Source: Klebsormidium nitens (lineage: Eukaryota > Plantae > Klebsormidiophyceae). From it: a DNA stretch of 44,493 nt. The notes under the pieces are model-generated. The model was not told the DNA's origin. It searched no databases and was given only the letters and a program-made list of their open reading frames with translations. Location: assembly GCA_000708835.1 (NCBI GenBank), contig DF237639.1:1-44493 (forward strand). The letters run 5' to 3'. Shown here one piece after another: positions 1-9,319 of the stretch. Position numbers and translations under genes: made by a program. The stretch's first letter is position 1. Every line of letters begins with the position of its first letter.

Positions 1-44
1 CGGTCCGGAGCGGAGGGTCGGGGTGAAATTCTCTTCTGTGGTTG

Positions 45-136
45 GTCGACAGATTGGCTGGTCAAATCTGTCGAGGTCCTCGATGATGAGCTAGTCTCAT
101 CGCGGCGGTCGACAGATTTGGAGGGCAAATCTCTCG
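45..136. repeat. Two inverted-repeat units GTCGACAGATT(T)G-N5/6-CAAATCT(G/C)TCG with an intervening GATGAG/CTCATC hairpin
   Basis: Unit 1 arms 45-56 and 63-74; unit 2 arms 108-120 and 126-136; 63 bp period. Confidence 0.7.
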
Positions 137-864
137 GCACACTACAACGCGTTCCGAACAAGCCGCTTCAATTCTCTCAGTGCCTTCTTTACCGTCCGAT
201 GACTGGGGTCAAATGTCTAGACGGCTCCAAACTCCTGACACGTGCTCCGTTTGCTTACCGCTTGATGCTTTCAAATTCCATAATGTTGCACCCCCCTTGA
301 CGTCATCATGTGCGGCGCACAGAACAGGTACCGCCGGTCCCTGTTCGTCGTGGCAACCGGGCAGGACTCAAAAAGGTGGGCAAGGTCTGTGCAGGGCTAA
401 CGTACAAGTATATTGGGGCTGAAGCTGTCTTTCATATCCACTTGTTTTAGTGAATGTCATATTGAAAACAAGACTCAAGAGTGCTGATCAGTTATATGGG
501 AAGACATTTCTCTGCTAAATCACATATTCTATGGTGTCATAGCCCGCAAGCAGATAGTCCGCATAGTCCGCAGTCTCAAACTTGCTGCAGGTCCGTGGTG
601 AGCATTCTAACATTGCTCAGTCGACCTCAACTGCTTGGACTGCTTTTGATCAGAATCTTTTGTCAAACAGGGAGCTGAACACGTTACAAAGGACCCGAGC
701 TCTAGCTTGCAGGAAGTTGCTTCTGTAGCTGCCATGTCAAAGCATTTCTTATGGTCATTGTCAGCAAGTTACTTTGACATCAATCTGGGCAGGTCAAGTT
801 GCTGGGAGCTGAGGCCAAGTGGGTCCTGAACCAATTGGGCAATCACTGTTCTGGTGAAGCAAAG

Positions 865-3800
865 ATGGCTGACGACCTGGCAGAGGATGAAGTGAAGCTC
901 AGTCCACATCTTCAAGAGTGGATTGGTGGCTGGGTGGACTCCAAAAGCAAAGGCAATGACTGGACCCTGCCCTCGGTCAATCTCAAAACTGGGAAGCTAA
1001 GCAAACCACTCGATACCAGGTTCTGGCCGTCGTGCTTCAAGGATTGTCCGGATCCTGTCATTGCCAGCAGGGGACAGACGCGGGAGAAGGTCCTTCAAAT
1101 CTTCCAGAGTGCGGGCAAACGAGTATTCTTCTGCCATTGGCAGGTCCTCTACAACGACCTTGTGCCTATCATCTATTGCCCAAAGTGTGAACAGATCAAG
1201 AACCTGGAGGGGGATGGGTGGACTTTGGCGAAAGTGCGAAGGGTATGCATGCTGATTGGGCCAGCGTTCCTGGTGTCCAAGTGCTACCGCTGCAAGAAAT
1301 GTCCAGGTAATAGCATTCACAAGCCTGTCTTTGTCAATCACCTGTCGGTCAGGCAGTCCACTCCGGTGGCAAATGGTTTGCCAATGCCCTGTTTGGGGCA
1401 GCCCTGTCAGTCTGCATGCTTTGCAGCAATTGTACGAAGAGGACTTGCTCAACTTACTGAACTGGAGCTGAGCTATGATCAGGTCTTTTTTTTTGCCATG
1501 ATCCTGCTTTACTGGAGCTCCAAGTTTCCTGCTCTGGCCATGCTCTTTTGCAGAAAAGTGGTCATTCACTGGACATTTGACCGGACGCCAACATCTGAAG
1601 TCATCATCTCTAGATGACCTATTATACCCTGATAGACGTTATGTAATATGCAGGAAACGAAGGCAAGGACTACCAGTTTCGGGCCCACGACGAGGGCGTC
1701 ATCAAGCAACTATCAGCCGCTCTTGAAGCATCACTCAATATCCGCTTCACGCAGCACGGGGCAGTTGACGTGTCCCTGATGGATTTTCTGCTTCGCAACG
1801 TCAGCAGCGGCGTTGCATTTGCGGACTCAGCGGATGCGGTGCAAGAGCTGCATTACATCACTTATAACAGGAGCAAGTTGGGGCACATGCAGTACACCGC
1901 TGAGCGAGGGAAGCTCGCACTGAAACGTGCTTCGTACTTCAACAGCGCCACTGTTGCGTCAGGGCAGGTGCCACCTCCAGCAGATTTTGGGGCGTACGAA
2001 GACAAGCAGGGCTATAGGGGCTGGATTCCCTCGCGCTCGTACCTTACAAGTAAGCATCTGATCATTGGCACCTGCAGTCTGGCAGATGCCTTACCACTCT
2101 TGCTTTGTGGTTGACAAATTGGATTGGTACATCTTGTCATGCTCAGATTGTCTCAGCACGCTTTTTAGTCTTTCATTTGGAAAGTAGGGTCTTGCGATCA
2201 AAGCCAAACCTTGAAGCTGAGGTGCACAACGCTTGTATGTCTGCAGACTTTGTCGTGCATCAGAAAAGGCTGTCCCTGTGTGGATGTGGAATGGTGAATA
2301 CATACACTGAAACAGTTTGCTTATCCAATGTGGTTCTCTGATTACAGGGACTCTGTTGGCTTACTTGACAGAGCGGCTTGCCTGGCCTAAGGAGCGCCTA
2401 GCCATGGTTGACGGGCTCTACCTTCGGGGTGACCACACGTTCAGGTCTGCCTCAAAGGTCAAGGTTCAAGAGGGGGGCAAGGCTTATGAAGCTATGTACA
2501 CCGTCATGAACGGGTTCAGTAAGGTGGCCGCTCAGTGGATGGTGGGCGATACCTCGTTCAGGGAGATTGAAGGGGGCTTGCGCGACTTGATGAAGCGCTA
2601 TGAGGAGAACTTTCAGGATCGGGTAAGTCAGGATAGAGGTGATTGAAAGTCTTCTGGCTTTTTGAGATTCTGCACATATTTGAGCATAGTGTACCCTCTT
2701 GGCTTGTCTCTCATGACTTGAGGTAATCTCTTCATGGGGCAGACTGGCCTTGTCAAGATTGGAGCGGAAGACAAGCTGGGGGCTGTGCGATGAGATGATG
2801 AGATGCAGACTGAACTTGCCACCAGGGCCGTAATCGCATGGAACCCAGTTGAAGGCCCCCTCGTCAAGCTCTACGCCGTAATCCTCAGCAAAGACCCGCA
2901 AGATTGCATCTTGGAACTGTGTAATAACGCTTTCAAGGAACTCTCCCTCTGGCAGACCGGCGTCCCTCTCCATGTCTAGATACGGTTTACAGGGCCTACC
3001 CTCGACTAAAACTTCCTCCCCATGAGGCTGCCCTCTAAAATTGTCCATTGCAGTGGGCCAATCTGGGTACGATCCGTAACTCCTATACCCTTTGCCACGG
3101 GACAGGTGACGGATCTCAACCCTGTGACCAAGCAGAGCGGCAAAGCGCTTACCGAATTTCTGTGGCCCGTCTTTTGAATCTTTGCAACAGAGTCCAGGGA
3201 GGCTGGAAACTTTCCAAAAGAAAGACGTACCCAGCTTCATCTGTCGAATGATCTGAACGATGCCGCCCTGAAACTTTTCACTGTGCACAACCGTGCTTTC
3301 GGGAGGCAGATGTCGGATGGGGTGCTCGCTGCTTGGTATATCTGGAACGAACTTCGGAGGCTGCAGGAAGAAGAAGGAGAGCCACATAAGCTTTGAGCTA
3401 CACGACGTANNNNNNNNNNNNNNNNNNNNAAATGACCAGAGCGACCATGAGTACGGTGCAAGTGGTTAAGTGCTTGAACACCAAGCAATTGGGCATTGAT
3501 TCCGCAGTTGTTCAGCAAATCTGTGTGCAAGGTGGTGCTGGTCGCACGTCCTCGAGGGAGACTCAGGGGTGGTACTTAATGTGTGAGACTGGTCTTTAAT
3601 TTGTGGCTATCAATATGGTTAGCGGTTAATCCGGTCGAGCACGAAGAAAGATTGGCATGTCTAAAGGAGACCTCGTGTAGGGTGACTCTGCTGGTATCGC
3701 AATGAAGATGCTGATTCTTGATTCTAAACCCTTTGTAGGCGACTTCATGCGAGATCTGAGCCGCGCCATGTTTGTAATCAAGGCCGGGGACAAGGAGAGT

Positions 3801-6800
3801 CTGCGAAATCATCTCCTCCAGCGTGCCCGAAAGAAGCTGACAGCAAAGGAGATCGCCGCTAAGCCGGACAGGTATTGGAACACCCACTGCAGGCGGACAA
3901 TCCCCAAGAAGGAACTGCTGGCTGCGCGACTGGATGCTGTTTTGAAGAAGTACGAGATTGGGGGAAACGCCTGCGACGGGGATCCCCTTGTAACGAGGGA
4001 GCTGAACGAGGTGCACGAAAGGCAGATGAAGCTTGTCTGGGCAGGGGCACTGAGTGGTGAGTAGCTCCGCAATCATTGCATCTACAGAAGTGCTTCTTTG
4101 CAGGTCAAATTATCTTCGAGATCTCGTGAATACAAAAGATGTCGTTCTTGCTTCTTGTACGGAAAGGTTCGAACCCGGGGTGTAACAAGAGGCCAGTGCA
4201 AAGCGAACGTCAATCGTTTACTTAGACGCTGACCACTCATTCCAAGACAGGCTAAGCTTATTACATCTTTCTAGATCAGATCACGAACATGAACGCCCTG
4301 CGCTTCGACGTCACTCCATATTGCAAAAGTTCTGTCCTTAGGAGCACAAACGTCAAACGTTGGCATCAGAATACGTGTGGACTTCAAGGAGCCAAGTCGT
4401 CTGTTCTTCTGATGCTTCATTGTGTCTTTTTCAAACAGATCCGCTGGGAGTGGAGGAGATGTACTACGACGTCAGCAAACCGGGCTGCATGCCGCAATTC
4501 AAGAGCGTCCGCGGCACCTCCAAGCTTGAGGGCTATCACAAGCACCTCAACAGCCTGTTCGCCGGGGGGAATTGCTCGCCGGAGTTGGCCGACGCGCTGC
4601 TCACCATCTTCAACTACCGGTGGAACATCACTTGCGGCGTTGCTAACCGGGGGGACCAGGACTACAGCATGCACGATCATTTCCTTCTCGAGGAAATGCA
4701 GAAGGTCTGCCGGGATATGGGGTGGCCGGACCCTTTCCCGGAGTGGAAGAAAGCTCCTCCAACGGCTGAGCGCTTTGGGGCGGATAACCTGCCACCTGAG
4801 GTGCGGGAGGCACTGGAGGCAGCGGCAGCGATTGGGGAGCCCGCGCCCACAGAAGACGACTTGGAGGCCGTGGCTGTGGAGGAACTATTGGAGCAGCAGG
4901 CGCTTGCCAAGCAGGGGCGAGATGCAGGTAGGGAACTTAGCAACATTTCAACGAAAGCTTGGTGCTTGGACGTCAGTTGCCAGTGCGCGCAGTCTGTACA
5001 TACTGTTGCCGGTCTTGCAGCTGGGTTCCTGACCAGTACTTGCATGTCTTGAGGAGAACGTTTGGAGTTCACACCCTCGGAGGTCTTTCCATTGTGGCTT
5101 TTGAAGGGTTCAATATGTCAACCCTTCGCACGTGTGACGCAAAGTGCTCTGAGCATAAAGAATGCTGATCACTCAAGGAGACGCTTTGGTGGTCATGTAA
5201 TGTCTCATGCCTCCGCACCTTATCCTTTTTGCGAGTAAAACATACACTCTTTCTTCTATATCGCAGAGGCTCCTGCCAAGCTGTCCTCCGACCAGTTGTG
5301 TGCACCGGTCCCCGCCATCGCGGACCAATTGCACACGTTCCTGCCCCCTAGGCCCGACCAGGCGGGCGCGTCGCTCCCCCCCCACCCCGAGCAGTCGCGC
5401 TCGCCACTTGCCCCCCTCTCCGACCTGTCGCGGGCGCAGCAGCGCCCCCTCTCCAAGCAGGCGAACGCGCCGCTGGCCCCCCCCTCCAACCAAACGTGCA
5501 CGTCCCACCCCCCCCTCCTAATCAGTTGCGCGCGCAGCTCCCAACCCCCTCCGATCAGCCGCAGCCGTTCCTGGCCCCTCGCCCCGAGCAGTCGCCCGAA
5601 ATCCTCCCCCCCCCCATCGACCAGTGTCACCCGCAGCTGGCCCCCCCCTCCGCCCAGACGCGCGTGTTGTTACCCCCACCCTCTGACCAGTTGCATGCGC
5701 CGCTAGCTCCCCCCTCCGACCAGTGGCGCGCATCGTTAACCCCCCCCTCCGGACAGTCAAGCGCGCAGCCGCGCCCCCTTTTGGGCCAGTCGGGCGCATC
5801 GCTCTCCCCCCCCTCGGAACAATTGCGCACCCAGCTGCCCCCTTGCTCCAAACATTCAAGCGCGCAGCCCGCCCCCCACTCCCAGCCGTCTCGCGCGCCG
5901 TTAGCCCCCCCCTCCGACCAGCCACGCGTTGCGCTGCCCCCCCGCTCTGCCAATCAGCCGCGTACACCACTGGCCCCCCGCTCCGACCAGCTGCGCGCAC
6001 ACTTGGCCCCTGCCCTAAATCAGTGGCGCGCGCCATTGCCTCCATTTCACCAGCGCGACGCACAGCCGGTGCCGCCTTCCAACCAGCAGCAAGTGCCGCA
6101 GGGCACCCTCTCAAGTCCCAACCCCATGATGCATCCCCGGGCTCCCTTCGACCATCAGCAAGCGCGGTTTCCCAATGTTTCCGTTGCCTCACGGTCGCGA
6201 GTGCCCATGCCTTGCGAGCCGCTGCGAACGCTGGCGCCAGTGCTGGCTCCCGCCTCTATGGGGCAAAATGTACAGCTCCGAGCAATTCCGGCCCGGGTGG
6301 TGCAACCGCAAGGGCCGCAAGTCGTTGGCCCGTCCAAACGGAAAGACTCCGTTGGCGGTGCTGGAGTTGCTGGTAAGCTCTTGATAGGGCTAGCAGCACT
6401 TGCAATTTGCAGCATGTGAAGGGCGGAATCTGTAGTACTGGTCAAGGGCCTGGAGGTATGCACAGAAGAGGAAGTCGTGAGTCGCAACCCAGTCGTTGCT
6501 CGAACATCATACTCAGCCGGGCTAGAACAAGCACGGCTTGTATTGATCATCCATGGTTTTGCCTTGCAAGATCGTATCTCAGACTATGCTCTCTTTCTTT
6601 TGCAGTTGAAGGTGCGGCACACGCCACACCAGCAAAGCGCCAGAAACCAAAGCCGCAAGGAGCTCCCGTTCCGATTGGTAAGTGAATTGCTTTCGGTGAA
6701 GGGTTCTGAGTTGTGCTTTGTGTATTCTGATCTAGTGTATGACCTTGTTGTTCGAGCTCGACAACTGCATCGCAAAAATTTGGATCGTCAGGGAATCAAC

Positions 6801-7685
6801 TTGAGCGCCAATCATAAGAATCTTGAGCTGAGCACCCTGATTCTAGCTAGGATTTTGCAGTAAGCGAAACGACATTTTCTTTTCCTTGAAGCTGAGTTGT
6901 GTACTGCAGATCCGGATCCCTCTCTGCACACGTTGCCCAAGCAGCGAGCTACCACTGTCAATCGATCAGGCCGTCTATCATACCAGCGAAAGGTGGGATA
7001 TCGTATCCCAAAGTTCAGGGACCTTCAGCGGCCCGTTTCAACGACTGCAGAATTCGAGCTTTTTGACGAGTTGTTCTTGAAGTATACGAAGAGAACGTCT
7101 ACAGATTGGGATGCTTTTGGGCGGGAGTGGCATAACCGGGCCAGCTTATCTGCACATCGGGTGGAGGGGGCGGAACGAGCCATTCACTTCACGAGCGTTC
7201 CACTGCTCAAGCGACACCTTACTCTATCCTATAGGGCAGGGCTGCGGCGAGACTCTTTGAACAATCTCACAGCGTTGCGTCATCGTTTGCAGACAAGTCC
7301 GCTGCCCTCCATCCCGAGCGCAGCCACTCCGCACTTCCCCGATCCATTCACGTCCTTTCACACCACGCACTTACAAACCTCATTGCACGATGCGCACGCT
7401 CACTCATTCCACGCACCGGGCCAGCATGGAAGCTTCCAATATGTACCACCATCTTCTGAGTTGGCTGTAAATTGTGTAGCTCCGCTGTATAGTGGTCCCC
7501 TGGTATCTAGCAATCAAGTAGGGAAGCTAACGAAACAAAAAGCGGCGCCAACGAACAACCGAGGTGGGAAGGGGACCAAGAGGATTTGCAGAGAATGTCG
7601 AGAGAAAGAGTGCTTGGATGGTTGTTCGAAAAAAGCCAAGAGAGATGCGGAGGCTCAAAAGAAAGCAACAAGGACTAAGACATAA
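865..7685 (+). CDS. Spliced DDE transposase, Mutator/ISL3-like (resembles the DUF6729-associated type); one exon hidden in an assembly gap and one frameshift in a poly-C tract
   Basis: Phase-consistent GT-AG exons: 865-1306, 1654-2049, 2348-2622, (gap)-3455, 3739-4056, 4439-4927, 5267-6372, 6606-6677, 6910-7685. Motifs: N-terminal CPKC..GW..VRRV..YRCKKC; first catalytic Asp in LRGDHTFRSA..MYTVMN..VAAQWMV; DHEYG|DFMRDLSRAMF; catalytic Glu in RGTSKLEGYHKHL; C-terminal PVSTTAEFELFDEL..DW..FGREWH. The second Asp exon is not visible and probably lies in the N-gap at 3410-3429. Confidence 0.8.
2690..3165 (-). pseudogene. Fragment of an archaeo-eukaryotic primase (PrimPol / NCLDV-herpes type) catalytic domain, antisense within a transposase intron
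   Basis: ORF 2452-3387(-) contains KRFAA..GYRSYGSY..W..F..HGEEVLVEGRPCKPYLDME (motif I, DxE) and GKFSLHLII (motif II, SxH). Motif III and the Zn finger are not recognisable downstream. Confidence 0.75.
3410..3429. other. Assembly gap (20 N)
   Basis: Run of N. Confidence 1.
5284..6090 (+). repeat. Degenerate coding tandem repeat, ~33 bp / 11 aa unit (consensus like LAPPSDQxRAx), roughly two dozen copies
   Basis: Recurrent GCCCCCCC(C)TCCGACCAG and variants giving PPSDQ, PPSNQ, PPSEQ, PPSGQ, PRPDQ, PRSDQ. The frame switches near 5505-5520 in a poly-C run. Confidence 0.85.
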
Positions 7686-7893
7686 ACGGAGTACAAGTTT
7701 TGGTAGTCTAGATTGGAGACTCTTCAAATCATTCTTTTGTATTCGTCCGAGCTGCTGAAAGTTTGCCAAGGTTTCTGACTCTCTGAAGCCTTCAGATGTC
7801 AAATGATTCATAGGGATATCCTATGAATCAGCGCAAAGTCTCTCGACGATAGCTGGATATACCTTCATATACCTACTGTAGTCACGATTTCTG

Positions 7894-7913
7894 NNNNNNN
7901 NNNNNNNNNNNNN
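7894..7913. other. Assembly gap (20 N)
   Basis: Run of N. Confidence 1.
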
Positions 7914-8061
7914 AGATCGGAAGGCCTGTAATATGTCCAAGTTGTTGTTTTGCATCTACATAATTATTTTGACCACTCGCGAGCGCGCCCGGTTCATCAC
8001 GACTCATCAGGTCCTCCTGGTCGCCCTACGGGAGCGGACTTCGTCCCCCCAGCCCTTTTGC

Positions 8062-8290
8062 GGGCCTTCGGCCCCCCCGGCAGGGCGGCCTTCGGCCGCC
8101 CCGACCCCCCCTTTTCGCGTTTTTTTGCGCCCCGACCTACTGAATTTTTCGGAACCAGGGAATCTTATACTCCGACCGGGTCGACCACGTGGTATAACCG
8201 CTCATAAACCGCTCAGAAATGACCTACGTTGCACGCTCTAACAGTAAAATAAACCACGTTGCACGCCTAGAAAACGAGATAAACTACGTG
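8062..8290. repeat. GC-rich TTC-loop hairpins followed by periodic direct repeats (candidate subterminal region)
   Basis: GGGCC-TTC-GGCCC (8062-8074) and GGGCGGCC-TTC-GGCCGCCC (8083-8101); AACCGCTCA at 8196 and 8207; ACGTTGCACGC at 8226 and 8256 with ACGTG at 8286 (30 bp period). Confidence 0.7.
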
Positions 8291-8468
8291 ATCATAGCTG
8301 AATAGCAGGCGGCAGTCGACCAGTCGACGGAAATACTGTGATCAAGGCCGGAGCAGCTTTGACTTGCAGGGTATAAATTCCCACATAAATCAAAGTGGTT
8401 TTATCAGATTTCGTAGCTCGAAGCCTGCAGACAGCCGCAACCCGAGCCAAGGCAACGCACCAGGGACC

Positions 8469-9014
8469 ATGCCATCTCAGCAGAGGGACCCCCCAGCTCT
8501 CAGACTAGGTTTTGAGGACCAGAAGAGTTTGCAGACTGGACGATACATTGTTGATCCGACCCTTCTGTCCAGCGAAACGCCTGTAGCTAGCAAATGCGTG
8601 CTCTGCAGACAGCCCCTCCTGGTCAATCATAGGATAACTTTCCGCAAATCCCAACAGTCTCTCAGTGGTTTTGCCATCTCCTCAGCCGTGAAATGCAAAC
8701 AGCGGGTTCAACCATTGTGTCTTTCATGCGTACAACGCTGGTCCGGCAGCGTTCATCTGACTGAGACCTCAGTGATAGTTCAGCAAAAGCAGGTAGCTGA
8801 GACGTGGTTCCAGCGCAAATCGCAGAGCGCTCCGTGGAAGCAGGTCAAAGAGCTCACAAGCAGCTATGTAGAAGGCTTGGCAGCGCAGGAAGCAATAAGC
8901 AGACAGGAAGTCACATGCAAAGTCAAGAAGTCTGCCGCAGAAAGTGCGCTCAACCGGGGAAGGGCTGCTGGAGCAGACACCAAACGCAAGCTCCATGTGA
9001 GTTTTGAGTCTTGA
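8469..9014 (+). CDS. Hypothetical protein (~181 aa) with two CxxC pairs
   Basis: Uninterrupted ORF from ATG 8469 containing CVLC and CLSC; no family recognised. Confidence 0.35.
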   Translation: MPSQQRDPPALRLGFEDQKSLQTGRYIVDPTLLSSETPVASKCVLCRQPLLVNHRITFRKSQQSLSGFAISSAVKCKQRVQPLCLSCVQRWSGSVHLTETSVIVQQKQVAETWFQRKSQSAPWKQVKELTSSYVEGLAAQEAISRQEVTCKVKKSAAESALNRGRAAGADTKRKLHVSFES

Positions 9015-9063
9015 CTCAAAATGTGTTGTATCTGGAGTAAGAGAGCAAATACTTGAAGATCTT

Positions 9064-9083
9064 NNNNNNNNNNNNNNNNNNNN
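9064..9083. other. Assembly gap (20 N)
   Basis: Run of N. Confidence 1.
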
Positions 9084-9319
9084 GGGTTAAGTTCCGAGCT
9101 GGCGCGCGGGTGGTCATCCGGGTGGCCTTCCTGGCGGAATGGGGGGGACACGTGGCGGCAGGAGGTTTGAGGATTTTGTGCCGTTCAGCACTGCTTGGCT
9201 AGTTGGGTTCGGAGTAGGTGACTGTCACCGTGACAGGAAACAAGTTTGGACTAATAAATCAACTGCTCAGGGGGAGCGGACGTGTTAGTTCGTAAAGAGA
9301 AGGACAGGGGGACATTGAA

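Larger units (their letters stand above)
1..8300 (+). mobile_element. Putative DNA transposon carrying the transposase; termini not established
   Basis: Transposase gene flanked by hairpin-rich sequence at 45-136 and by hairpins plus periodic direct repeats at 8062-8290. No TIR pair or TSD could be verified, and the left end may lie outside the window. Confidence 0.45.

Noticed and set aside
3190-3386. Plus-strand ~65-codon open segment before the gap as the missing transposase exon
   Set aside because: It ends in a stop codon and lacks the expected catalytic Asp motif; origin unknown.
5173-6550. Multiple overlapping ORFs around the Pro-rich repeat
   Set aside because: Stop-poor C-rich repeat gives open frames on all strands; only the spliced + frame fits the gene model.
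1-8300. Terminal inverted repeats of the transposon
   Set aside because: The window start and the 8.0-8.3 kb region share only very short matches, so no TIR pair or TSD is supported.
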